This document shows positions 37,615 to 48,600 of a stretch of DNA of 64,000 bases, piece by piece. A model generated the notes under the pieces. That model was not told the DNA's origin. It saw only the letters and a list, made by a program, of their open reading frames with translations, and did no database searches. This DNA is from Candidatus Woesearchaeota archaeon (GTDB taxonomy: Archaea > Nanobdellota > Nanobdellia > Pacearchaeales > GW2011-AR1): assembly GCA_964385425.1 (NCBI GenBank), contig CAYLOQ010000001.1, positions 1,411-65,410 of the forward strand, given 5' to 3'. Made by a program: the position numbers and the translations under genes. How positions within the stretch are numbered: the stretch's first letter is position 1; each line of letters opens with the position of its first letter.

Positions 37615-37934
37615 TTTTTTATTTTCCTTAACTCGGCATCGCTAGGACGAGTTTCTTTCATCTTATCGAGATGCTCCATGAATTCGTTTTCTGAAAGTTC
37701 TTTTTCTTCTGGATTTTCTCCCTTCCATTTACAACTCTTACATCCCCATCCCTTGCTTCCCTTTCCTTCCTCTCCACTAAGAATAACTTCTACTTCTGTG
37801 CTTCCGCATTCAGGACATTTTTTCACCCTAAAGGTCTTGCCTTTCTTCTTTTCTTTATGAATACCCTTGGCCTTCTCATAATCTGCTTTAGAGTCGTATC
37901 CTTCATTTATCCAGTTTGGTGTTTTCATTGCCAT
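37611..37934 (-). CDS. Zn-ribbon protein
   Basis: CPECGSTEV...CKSCKWKG four-Cys ribbon. Confidence 0.45.
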   Translation of the reverse strand: MAMKTPNWINEGYDSKADYEKAKGIHKEKKKGKTFRVKKCPECGSTEVEVILSGEEGKGSKGWGCKSCKWKGENPEEKELSENEFMEHLDKMKETRPSDAELRKIKK

Positions 37935-37935
37935 T

Positions 37936-38586
37936 TTAATTTAAGTTTTTTATTAAATCTAAGTTTAATTCATTAAGAGAATTTATAACTAAATCTGCCT
38001 CTTTAAGTTCTTCTTTTGTATGAAAATCCGTTAATAATGCTATTACTTTCATTCCAGCATTTTTTCCAGATTGAATTCCATTTACAGCATCTTCTATAGC
38101 AACACAATTTTTAGGATCTACTTCCAACTTTTCTGCTGTTTTTAGATATATTTCAGGGTCTGGTTTGTGTTTTTCTGTATCTTCTGCAGTAATAATTATA
38201 TCAAATTTGTTTTTTATACTCAATAATTCCAAAATCTTATCTGACCTCCACCTATGGCTTGAAGTAGCCAGTGCAAATTTTATTCCTTCACTTTTCAAAG
38301 CTTCTAAAAAGTTTATTATAACACTATTCTTCTTAATGTTTCTCTCATAAATCTCAAATTGTATTCTTCCCAATTTTTTAGAAAATTCATTTACATCGTG
38401 CTCTTTTATTCCATAATCTTCTTTTAACATTTTTAATTGATCTTTTAAGGATCTTCCCAAATATTTTTTAATCTCCCCATCACTAACATTAACTCCTTCT
38501 TCTCCAAGTAATTTATTCATAGCCTTCCAATTATATTTTGGAGAATCCACTAAAACACCATCCATATCAAAAATTACTGCTTCCAT
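37936..38586 (-). CDS. HAD hydrolase, beta-phosphoglucomutase-like subfamily
   Basis: Motif I IFDMDGVLVDS, later motifs ATSS and EDAVNGI..GKNAG. Confidence 0.8.
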   Translation of the reverse strand: MEAVIFDMDGVLVDSPKYNWKAMNKLLGEEGVNVSDGEIKKYLGRSLKDQLKMLKEDYGIKEHDVNEFSKKLGRIQFEIYERNIKKNSVIINFLEALKSEGIKFALATSSHRWRSDKILELLSIKNKFDIIITAEDTEKHKPDPEIYLKTAEKLEVDPKNCVAIEDAVNGIQSGKNAGMKVIALLTDFHTKEELKEADLVINSLNELNLDLIKNLN

Positions 38587-38587
38587 C

Positions 38588-38977
38588 TTAATTTAAATCC
38601 CCTAACTGTTTAATTAAATCATCAGTATTTTCAAATTCAATTACTTTCTCAGCCATATCTCTTAGATAAGTATTTTTAACACCTTTCTTAATTGCTAATA
38701 TTAATTTTTTCTTTTTGGATAAAACATATCCAATTTCGATTAACATACCCTCGCTTCTTCTTTCAGATCTAACAATTGCCAAAAAAGCATCTGCTTTATC
38801 TATCTCTTCAAATGCATGATTCAACATTTCTTTTTTATTTTTTTTCTGGAATTCTTTTTCATCTTCTTGAAGAGTACAATAATACTCATGATCTTCTAAA
38901 GAAGTATAAATTTTTTCCATTTCCTCATAAAGTTTATTCATGTCTTCTCCGCTAACAGCCTGACCAATAAAAATTTT
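38588..38977 (-). CDS. Nucleoside 2-deoxyribosyltransferase-like protein (paralog-like of 36974-37384)
   Basis: MKIFIGQAVSGEDM...ADAFLAIV...EIGYVLSKKKKLILAI fits the NDT-like pattern. The start is taken at the internal Met just downstream of the gyrB stop. Confidence 0.45.
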   Translation of the reverse strand, partial: KIFIGQAVSGEDMNKLYEEMEKIYTSLEDHEYYCTLQEDEKEFQKKNKKEMLNHAFEEIDKADAFLAIVRSERRSEGMLIEIGYVLSKKKKLILAIKKGVKNTYLRDMAEKVIEFENTDDLIKQLGDLN

Positions 38978-38981
38978 CATT

Positions 38982-41900
38982 CTAAATATCCAACTGGGCC
39001 TCCATTGCATTTTCCTGAATAAATTGTTTCCTTGCCTGGACATCATCACCCATGAGCATGCTGAAAGTCATGTCTGCTTCTACAGCGTCTTCGATAAATA
39101 TCTTCTTGATTTTCCTAGTCTTTGGATTCATGGTAGTATCCCAGAGTTGTACAGAACTCATCTCCCCCAAACCCTTGAACCTCGTCACATTGGTCGCTCC
39201 CAGCCTCTCGACAGTTCTTTTTAATTCTTCGTCTGTATATACGTAATGGTCTTTCTTCTTTCTTATTCTATAAAGTGGCGGCATAGCAGCATAAATATTT
39301 CCATTCTCAATTAATTTAGGCATGAACCTGAAGAAAAACGTCAAAAGCAGAGTCTTAATATGTTCTCCATCTACATCTGCATCTGTCATGATAATTATTT
39401 TATTGTATCTCAGTTTTTCTATGTTAAAACCTTCCCCAACACCTGTTCCAATAGCTGTTATCATATTTGTAATCTCTTCACTGGAAAGAGCCCTCACGGG
39501 GTTTGATTTCTCAACATTCAGAATTTTTCCTTTCAAAGGAAGTATAGCCTGAATTTCTTTGTTTCTCGCCATTTTTGCACTATTATGAACAAATATCCCG
39601 GATTCAAGAGCAAAATTATTGGTGTCTTTAACCTCTAAATCATAAACATCCATTCTTTCATTTACTCTTTCAATTTTCGTTATCTTATGATTGTAATTTT
39701 TAACTGCTTCTAACATAGTTTCATTATTCTTATCAAAAAATCTTGAACAAAAAGTTTCCATACTCAAGATAGAGCGGTCTTTATTTCCTATTCTTATTTT
39801 ATCAAAATTATCCAAATTTCCATAATTTTCAAGGACTTTTTTTGCTAATTCAATTGTTTTTCTATAATAGGTTTGATTATAGGTCTCCATTCTCCTCTTT
39901 CTAAACTCGGGGGTCCATTGCTCTTTGGTTTTTTGTCTTCTCCAAATTAACAAAATTTCATCTTTCCATTGTTCTTTAGCTAAACTTGAAAGATATTCCT
40001 TCGCATCAGGATTTTCTTCAAAGAATTTTTTAACTTTTTTAGAAGCTTTTTCTCTATTTTCAGAATCAGACCAATATTCTTTCTGTTGCTGATAAAGCCT
40101 TTTCTTTAAATTTTCTCTGTATTCTTCATTGGAATTATAAAATTCCATATATTTTTTCATAATATTCTGTTTATATTCTGGATTCTTCCATAATTGTTTT
40201 GACCTTTCTGAAAGCATCTTTCTTACATCTGGTTGTTTTGCCCACATCCTTACTTTTTCTCTATATTCTGGTTTTCTATGAGCTTGCCTAGCTTTTTCTT
40301 TAACATCTTCCCTATGCAAGGTCTTTTCTAAATGTTCTGTATGAAGAATTAAATGATCTTCTTTAGACATCCGTATAATATTCGTCGGGTTATTATTAAG
40401 TTTATTAAAATCTATATGGTGCCTAGAATCTCCTTGAATTTTAGAATAAACATTATTTTCCAAATTGTATTCATCTGAGATCATATGTGTAAAAATCCAT
40501 TTACCATCTGTATTTAAAACCATTTCATATCCATCAATTGTGATTCTCCCCCCCATCTTAGAAATTTTTTTATATAATGGCATTAGTGAATCTTCCTTTG
40601 TTAAATTTTTGGCTTCTTTATACTCCTTATTTCTTAACATAAATTTGTGGTCTGGAGTACAAACAATTTCTTCATTATTATCTAAAACAACTTTGATAAC
40701 AGAAGTGTTTCTTTTTGTTATCCGAGGATTTTCTATTCTGGCTATTCCAATACTTGCATCTTTTCTTATTGTATAACAAAAATTTTCTTTCCCGTTCTTA
40801 TATTCTTCAACTAGTTGTTTAAAAGAAAGGTTTCTCCCGTCAGCCAATGCGATTTTTGTATCTCCAGAAAAACACCCACCGGCGCTTTCTCCTTCAACTA
40901 AATAAAGTTCTGTATTTTCTGATTTTTTACTGGAACAATCCGCAAGCTTTCCGGGCAATCCTCCAAGAGAGAAAGCGTTCTTTCTCCTTACAAGATCTTT
41001 GGCTTTCTTAGCAGCCAGTCTGGCCTTGGAAGAATCTATAGCCTTAGATGTTATTTTTCTGGCGACAGAAGGATTTTCCTCAAAAAACTCTGAAAGTGCG
41101 GTTGTAACCATAGAATCTACAAAACCCTTGATTTCAGAGTTTCCTAATTTTGTCTTTGTCTGTCCTTCAAATTGGGGCTCCCCCATTTTCAGACTAAGAA
41201 CAACAGTTAACCCTTCCCTAACATCTTCTCCAGACAGAGAGCCATTTTTAAGAAGGCCTTTCTTTCTTGCATAATCATTGATAACTCTCGTGAGTGCTGT
41301 TTTAAAACCAGAAACATGAGTCCCCCCTTCAACAGTATTAATGGTATTTACAAAACCAAAAATATTTTCCTGATAACCTGTGTTGTACTGAACAGAGGCC
41401 TCTACAATCGTATGATTTACTTCTTTCTTGAAGTATATTGGTTTGTGCAGAACTTCCTTAGATTTATTCAGCCATTTTACAAACTCGATAAGACCCCCTG
41501 CAGAAAAGAATTCTTCTTTCTTTTTCTGGTTCTCATCCACCAGAATTATCCTCAAACCAGCGTTCAAAAACACAATTTCCCTAAACCTTGTCTCTAAGAC
41601 CTTATAATCAAAATCTAATTTAGAAAAAATTTCAGGGTCTGGCCAAAAAGTTATTTTTGTTCCTGTTGATCCGTTCTTTCCAACAACCTTTAGCCTGGTT
41701 TTAGCGTCTCCTCTCGAATATTCTTGTTGATAGATCTTTCTGTCTCTGCTAATATCAATAATTAATTTCTTAGAAAGGGCATTGACTACAGAAATTCCAA
41801 CTCCGTGCAACCCACCAGAGATAGCATAAGATTTTTTATCGAACTTTCCACCTGCGTGTAGCTTAGTCAAGGCGACCTGGACAGCAGGAATCTTAAAAAC

Positions 41901-42149
41901 AGGGTGTGGGTCCACAGGAATTCCCCTCCCGTCATCTTCAATTGTCGCAGAACCGTCCTTATTTAATGTTACTTTTATTTCCTTACAATATCCTGCAAGT
42001 GCTTCATCCACAGAGTTGTCCACAACTTCATATACCAGATGATGTAGCCCATCTTTTCCAGTTCCGCCTATGTACATGGCAGGTCTTTTCCTGACCCCTT
42101 CAAGCCCTTCAAGCACCTTTATTTCAGATGCTCCATATTTTTCTTCCAT
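38982..42149 (-). CDS. gyrB: DNA gyrase subunit B, interrupted by an in-frame intein
   Basis: GHKL ATPase N-domain and a TOPRIM domain. The conserved LYLVEGESAGG | SAK...AILPLKGKILNVEK block is split by a 431-aa insertion. The exteins total about 624 aa. Confidence 0.92.
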   Translation of the reverse strand: MEEKYGASEIKVLEGLEGVRKRPAMYIGGTGKDGLHHLVYEVVDNSVDEALAGYCKEIKVTLNKDGSATIEDDGRGIPVDPHPVFKIPAVQVALTKLHAGGKFDKKSYAISGGLHGVGISVVNALSKKLIIDISRDRKIYQQEYSRGDAKTRLKVVGKNGSTGTKITFWPDPEIFSKLDFDYKVLETRFREIVFLNAGLRIILVDENQKKKEEFFSAGGLIEFVKWLNKSKEVLHKPIYFKKEVNHTIVEASVQYNTGYQENIFGFVNTINTVEGGTHVSGFKTALTRVINDYARKKGLLKNGSLSGEDVREGLTVVLSLKMGEPQFEGQTKTKLGNSEIKGFVDSMVTTALSEFFEENPSVARKITSKAIDSSKARLAAKKAKDLVRRKNAFSLGGLPGKLADCSSKKSENTELYLVEGESAGGCFSGDTKIALADGRNLSFKQLVEEYKNGKENFCYTIRKDASIGIARIENPRITKRNTSVIKVVLDNNEEIVCTPDHKFMLRNKEYKEAKNLTKEDSLMPLYKKISKMGGRITIDGYEMVLNTDGKWIFTHMISDEYNLENNVYSKIQGDSRHHIDFNKLNNNPTNIIRMSKEDHLILHTEHLEKTLHREDVKEKARQAHRKPEYREKVRMWAKQPDVRKMLSERSKQLWKNPEYKQNIMKKYMEFYNSNEEYRENLKKRLYQQQKEYWSDSENREKASKKVKKFFEENPDAKEYLSSLAKEQWKDEILLIWRRQKTKEQWTPEFRKRRMETYNQTYYRKTIELAKKVLENYGNLDNFDKIRIGNKDRSILSMETFCSRFFDKNNETMLEAVKNYNHKITKIERVNERMDVYDLEVKDTNNFALESGIFVHNSAKMARNKEIQAILPLKGKILNVEKSNPVRALSSEEITNMITAIGTGVGEGFNIEKLRYNKIIIMTDADVDGEHIKTLLLTFFFRFMPKLIENGNIYAAMPPLYRIRKKKDHYVYTDEELKRTVERLGATNVTRFKGLGEMSSVQLWDTTMNPKTRKIKKIFIEDAVEADMTFSMLMGDDVQARKQFIQENAMEAQLDI
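39582..40874 (-). mobile_element. GyrB intein (Hint domain plus HNH endonuclease domain)
   Basis: Starts with Cys immediately after SAGG (CFSGDTKIALADG, block A) and ends ...GIFVHN followed by Ser+1. The internal HNH motif is GDSRHHIDFNKLNNNPTNIIRMSKEDHLILH, and the K/E/R-rich NPEY-containing repeats are NUMOD-like. Confidence 0.85.
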
Positions 42150-42164
42150 TTTTCTATTATATAG

Positions 42165-42197
42165 CTTTTGCTAAAACCTCATATTTTTTAGCAAAAG
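42165..42197. promoter_or_regulatory. 12-bp perfect inverted repeat (CTTTTGCTAAAA n9 TTTTAGCAAAAG) in the gyrB promoter region
   Basis: Seen directly at 42165-42176 and 42186-42197, 16-48 nt upstream of the gyrB ATG at 42149 on the minus strand. Confidence 0.45.
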
Positions 42198-42366
42198 TTG
42201 ATAGAAAATTTATCCGAATTTCTACCGATTCTATACTTAAAAAAGAGGTTTTACTTTATAAAGTTTTCTACCTAAAAAACAGTTTTCCCGACGATAAAAT
42301 CTGAAAGAAGGCCAATTTCTTACGAAACAACAATAGATTTAAAAACCCTAAATAAATGCTAACTTC

Positions 42367-42627
42367 ATGAAAAAAACAGTAATTTTACTGTCAATTTTAA
42401 TGCTAACCTTAGCAAGTATTATATTTTTAACGGCAGAGCAGGACCCACCTTACACACATTCATGGACAAAAGCCATTTGTGATGAAAATAACCACTGTCA
42501 GGACCACATAATTTTCTGTAAAGGAGAAAAATTAGTCAGCACAACTCCAATAACAGGGGCTACAGTTCAACTCTCCAAGAATTGGGAAGATCCAAGAGAT
42601 GAAGAAATAAGAGAGAAATTTTGTTAA
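42367..42627 (+). CDS. Small secreted Cys-containing protein
   Basis: Signal peptide MKKTVILLSILMLTLASIIFL. 86 aa. Confidence 0.4.
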   Translation: MKKTVILLSILMLTLASIIFLTAEQDPPYTHSWTKAICDENNHCQDHIIFCKGEKLVSTTPITGATVQLSKNWEDPRDEEIREKFC

Positions 42628-45600
42628 GAAATATCAAATCCATAACCTTCTTTTTTATCAGACTCTTCATCAGGCTTTTCTTCTGATTCCCCTGGCTTTT
42701 CTATCTTTTCCCCTTCTTCACCAATTAATTCTTCCATAGCCTCTTCATCAGATTCTAATTCTGGGAGTTGAGGCTTATATGTTTCTTGTTTTTCTTTAGT
42801 TTCTCCAGAATCTGTTTTTCTAAAGGCTTTTCTATATAATCTTTTTATTGTTGCAGGAGCCTTCATGTATTGGTCCACCTCTTCTTTTATTCTTTTCTTC
42901 TCTTCTGTATTGGATTCTTCTAAATAATCTATCAAATCCCTGATTAAAACTTTAGCTTCCTTTTCTATCTCATTAATATTGTAATAAAGGTTGGATTTGG
43001 TTGTCTTAAACTCTATATGTGCATTTATTATGTCTCTCAGAGTTTTCAGGTGTCTCTTAGTAAACTTCCCTGGTTCAACGAATGCTTTTTCAAAATCACG
43101 TAAAAGAAATTCTTGAGATTTTTTTCCGAAAATCTTTTTTAATAAATAAAAGGTGTTCCTATGTATTCTTTCTATAGCTGCTCCTGCCCTCCTAGAAATT
43201 ATTCTCTCTTCTTTTGCTAATTCTTTTTCACCCTTTGATATAAATAACCTTAATGGTCTAGTAAGCTTTCTAATAAGGGATGTGAAAGAAAATCCTTTTT
43301 CAACTCCCTTCCTAATTTTCTTAATCGGCTTCTTAATTTCTTTAACAGGTTTCCTCCCAACCTCCCAAAATGCTTTGATTTTTTGATCAGCACCCAATCC
43401 TAAGATATCCTGTCTCTCTGATACTCTTCTGATGGCCTTTAGTAAAAATCTATCTAACTCTTTTGCCTGTCTTTTAAATCTTTTATAGAATCTATTAATG
43501 GAAATGTAGATAGCATTTAAGATTCTCTTCACCTTAAATCCTATCCTCAACCTTCCAAGCTCTATTCTTAATTTTTGTTTCGGTTTTTTAACCGGTTTAA
43601 ACTTTTTCTTCTTTTCAATATGTGTTCTCTCCCCCCTTAATTTAAATTTAAATAGACCAGATAGGTCAAATTTAACAGGGGTTATTTCTAGATGTTTGAG
43701 TCCCCTAAAGAGAATGATTGTTCTCTTTCTTATTGCTCTTGAAAATATTTTAATTGCCCTAAACACCTTTCCACTGAATCTAGAAAGTGCTATAACCACA
43801 TTCTCAATAAATCCAGAGATAGAACTAATAATCCTGATAAATATCTTCTTAAATTGTCCCCTTTGTCTAGGCCTTTCAACTAATGACTTTATTTTTGGTT
43901 TTACCTTAATCACTCTCCTTGCTTTAAGTCTTTTTCTCTCTCTCTTCAACCGTTCAGTTTCTCTTCTTCTTGCTCTCCTCAATCTATTAATCGCTCCTCT
44001 TTCTGCCATCCAGGATTTGAATCTCTGGAAAAAATTGGTTTTATTTATTATAAATACTATGATGAAAAATACAAACAAAACAAAAAGTGTTTTTAGGAAA
44101 TAATTAAAAGCGGTGCTCTTGACTATCGATGATAAAAAGGAAAATATATTCAAGAAATAAGTCAGAACTCCAAGTACAACAAATAAAGAAAATGCTAAAA
44201 CAGAAATCTTATGTTTTTTAATCCACCTTGTCTCTCGTACGAGTCCTACCTTTATCTTCTTCCTTTCCAAATAGAATATGAGGAAGGTTATGATGACAGC
44301 TAAGATAATCAAAGTAATAATCGCATAGACCCTAATACCTTCAACGTCTTTCGATGTTATTATCGCAATACCCCCCTCAACCCTTACCTCAATAGTTCTT
44401 TCTGATCTTGCAGAATAACTCTCATGATCGACTTCAACAACAAAAGTATAAATTCCAGATTCTATACTAGATGGTAAGAAGATCCTTGTTGTTTCTGTTT
44501 TTTCTTCAAAACTACCGAGATAAATAGTATCCAAACCAGAGGTTACTATTTCTCCATCTTTCTCAATCCAAAAATTAACCACAACGTCTGCATTAATTTC
44601 AGCTACACCTTTTATAAAATAGACAAACTCAAAGAATTCTCCAAGTCTTACAGGAGATTCAAAATCAATTATCTTAACATCAAATAGTTTTATACATTGA
44701 TAATTAAAACAAGCTTCATCAGCACTACAGGAACTATCATTGAGACACTCGACACTGCTTGAGCTTCCACCTCCACCACCCGCATCATCAACATCATCAC
44801 CCGCATCATCGTCTACAGGTGTTTCTTCTGCAGAATAAACAGTGAACCCAGTTACATTAAAGCTTAAAGTGCCTCCAGAATAACTGTTCTGCGTACAAAT
44901 TGATGAGGAACAAAGAGATCCATCCCTCAAAATCCTCGGGGTTGTAAATGTTAAATTATATAGGGAGAGTGTTGCACTTTTGTTGAAGTTGGGAAGGGCT
45001 GTAGAATTTAATTCAATTCTGTTTGATGAAATATTTACATGAATATCTAAATCAACCTTGTTGTTTGTTAGGTTAAGGTCGTCTGTTACATTAATAGCTT
45101 CATTAAAATTTATTTTCCCTGCATTTATCCTTTCTAAAATAATGCCACTCAAATTCTGTAAATCTTCATGAGATGTTTGATTAAAGGCTGTTGATAGTCC
45201 CTTTAAAAGACCACCAAATTCGTCAAAAATTACAGAGAATTTAGTTATATTAACTGTAAAGGTGACATTTTTTACAGTTTCTCCGTTACTATTATTTGCA
45301 TATAATTTAAGAGTATGCTGCCCTTCTGTAGTATTAAAAGTTGTATTTCCAGTTATCGTTGTATTCGGTGGTATATTATCAATATTATAAAACACAAAAT
45401 CCTCTAAACTAGCAACATACTCTAATAAAAGAGACTCGTTTGTAATATAAGTTTCATTTTCTGGCTTAATAATTGTTAAATTTGGGGCAACGAGAGAAAC
45501 ATTTCTTGTTTCTGTTTGGTTGGTGTTTCCGGCAATATCAATTACATAAGCTTTGTAATCATATGTTCCAGCATTTAAGTTAGTGAAATTATTATATAAA

Positions 45601-48600
45601 CTGTATAAACCGGCATTATATGAGGCATTAATTTCTGCTTGTGATAAGGCTCTATTGTGAATACGGACTTCGTCTATTGAACCATTGAAATATCTTGAAA
45701 AACTAGGTAAGTTTCCAATTAATAAATCACTTGTCGATGTAATTGTAGTTGGAATATCTCCAGTAAAAGCTAATGGTTCATTAACCCCATTTACATATAT
45801 TTTTAATTGGTCTGCATCTGCAACTTGGGTACCATCATATACTGAAATTATATGATACCAGTTTCCTACAGCAATAACATTATTATCTGTTGTTCCAAAA
45901 TCACTACCAGCACCTATCTGGGTTAATATTTTTCCAGTAACACCAGTTATTTCTACAAAAAATCCATTACTGCCATCCCACCAACCTAAAAAGTCTTTTT
46001 GATGTATTAAGGCATCTGGTTTGACCCAAAACTCCGTAGTTATTTGGTCTTCGTTTGAAAGAGTTAAACCTGTAATATTTATAGAATCATCAACCCCATC
46101 AAACTCTATTCCTTTACCATATTTTCCATCAATAGTTGTGTTTGAAGAAAAACTAATCATAGTTCCATCATTCCCATAACTTGAATTATCATATACTGTT
46201 CCATTGCTTAAAACAGTTTCAAAATTCCACCATCCCACTAAACTATAATTCCAGTCAATAAATGCGGAATGGTCATTAGTATCAGAAGTTGAAACATTAA
46301 CATAAACCGAATTTTCTTTTATAGATAATCCATTTTCAAGTGTCGGGGTTACAAAGTCTATCAATGGGTTAATTGAATCAACAAAGAAAGTTACAGAAGA
46401 TGAATTCTCATTTCCACTCGTGTCATTTGCATAAATCCTCCATGTCTGACTTCCCTGGCCAGAATCAAGACCTGTAACATTAACACCACAAGAAATTGTG
46501 GTATTTGTGGCTCCGCCGTCTATCGAATACCAACAAACATCTAGGGCTTGATTATCAACAGCAGTATAATTCAGCTGTGTTTGGACAGAGGTGTAAGAAA
46601 TGTTTTGTGGCTCAACTAAAGAAACGTTTGGGGGAGTTAAATCCACCTCGAGAACATTAACCCACCATATTTCTATTGCAGATGTATAGTTTGTATTTCC
46701 TCCATAAATGGTTGTTATGTTAAATAATCCAAAGTCTGTGAAGTTGGTTAAGTTACTCAAGGGAGAAGTTCCTTGATTGATTAAGGTTCCGTTATTATAC
46801 AATTCAATAGTCCCTGTTCCTGTATCTAAAGTTGAATTCAAATAAATTTCTTCATTTTGATTAATTGTTATATTTGCCCTTGAATTATTTAAGTATGTAA
46901 ATACAACTCCTGTTGCTTGGTTGACAGTTAAAATCTCTGACACAGAAGCAGAAGTGTAATTTATATTTCCTGTGGTGTTAAAAGTATAATTATATGTTCC
47001 CACTCCAAGAGTTGCTGTTTCTGAATTGCCAACAGAAATGCTGTCTCTATATAGGGTGCAGGTTAACTGGGAAGGGCAACCTGTTCCATTCGCTGTTGTC
47101 TCTGTCAGATATGTTACAGTATTGCTCGGAGTTATTGACAGGCTTATTGAAGGTGTTCCCTGATCTATCGTATAACTTCCATTTTCAGTACTATTTATAT
47201 TTCCACTAGTGTCATTTGCATACCATCTGTAATTGTAAGTTCCAACTGAAAGACCTGTTAGTGTAAGATTATAAATATTTCCTGTTAAATTAACAGCAGT
47301 GTAATTTGTTCCATTAAAATCTATAATCACTGTATCAACAACCCTATTATCTGTTATTGTTGCATTGAATTCATAAATTGTTCCCTCTGAATAAACAGCC
47401 GGGTCGCTCGGGTTTTCTGTGAGGGAAGAAACACCTGGATTTGTTTCATCAGGGGCTTCTGTCACATTTACATACCAGGTTTCAAAACTGCCTGTAAAGT
47501 TCTGACTTTCCTCGTAAATTCCAGTTATATTAAAAATCCCTACAGAACTAAATTGTGTAAAGTTACTCAAAGGACTTGCGCCTTGATTTATCAGAGTTCC
47601 AGCATTGTATAACTTCAAAGTTGCTCCAGAATCTCCTGTTGCAGTTGTGGCATTAAGATAAATAAAAGAATCCTGAACAATTGTAACATTCCCGTCTGTT
47701 ACATTTAAGGTCAGGTTTACCTCACTACTTATTTTTGTAATAGTTACAAATCTTGTTATCGAGGCAGAGCTATGGTTCTGATCTCCGCTTGAAACAGCTG
47801 TATAATTATAATACTCGACCCCTAAAGTTACAAACACATTATTATCTCCTGTGACATCGGTGGCATTTCTGTACAAGGTAACCACTCCAAATTGTGTTGC
47901 TGCGCTTGCATTTGTTTGAGTATTATATGGTGCTATTTGATTTGCTGCAGAGCCATTGATTAATAGAGTTATGTCTCCTGTTGCATTACTTATGGTATAT
48001 GTCTGAATAGAAGTTGAATTAACATTATTCACAGTGTCATTTGCATACCACCTGTAATTGTAAGTTCCTGCTGCTAAATCTGAAATAGTAAAATTATAGA
48101 CATTCCCAAACAAATTAGTAGGAGTATAATTTGTTCCATCAAATTCAATTAAAACAACATCTAGGTTGTCGTCAGTTATTGTTGCATTAAATTCATAAGT
48201 TGTTCCTTGAACATACATCGTAGGGTCACTCGGGCTTTCCGTTAAACTATCCAGTGAGGGATTTGTCGTATCTAAAGTTACACTTACAGTTGCTAAATCT
48301 GCTTCATTGCTGAATGTATCATTAGCTGTGGCGTTGTAGAAATAAAGTCCGTCACTCAATCCAGTGAAGTTGATAAAATTCGGAGAAGTTGAAGTTAGAG
48401 AAGAATTTATCTGTTCATCTGAAGAATTGTAGAGCCTGATTAAAATTTTATCTAACTTAGGGTCTGATGCTGTTACATTTATTTCTATAAAGTTCTGTGA
48501 ATAATTTCCTGTTGCAGTTATTGGAGAAACATAATTCATTGCCGGTGGCCCTGTGTCTGTTGTGACTGTTCTAGTTACAGTTGAATTTTCATTGCCAAGA

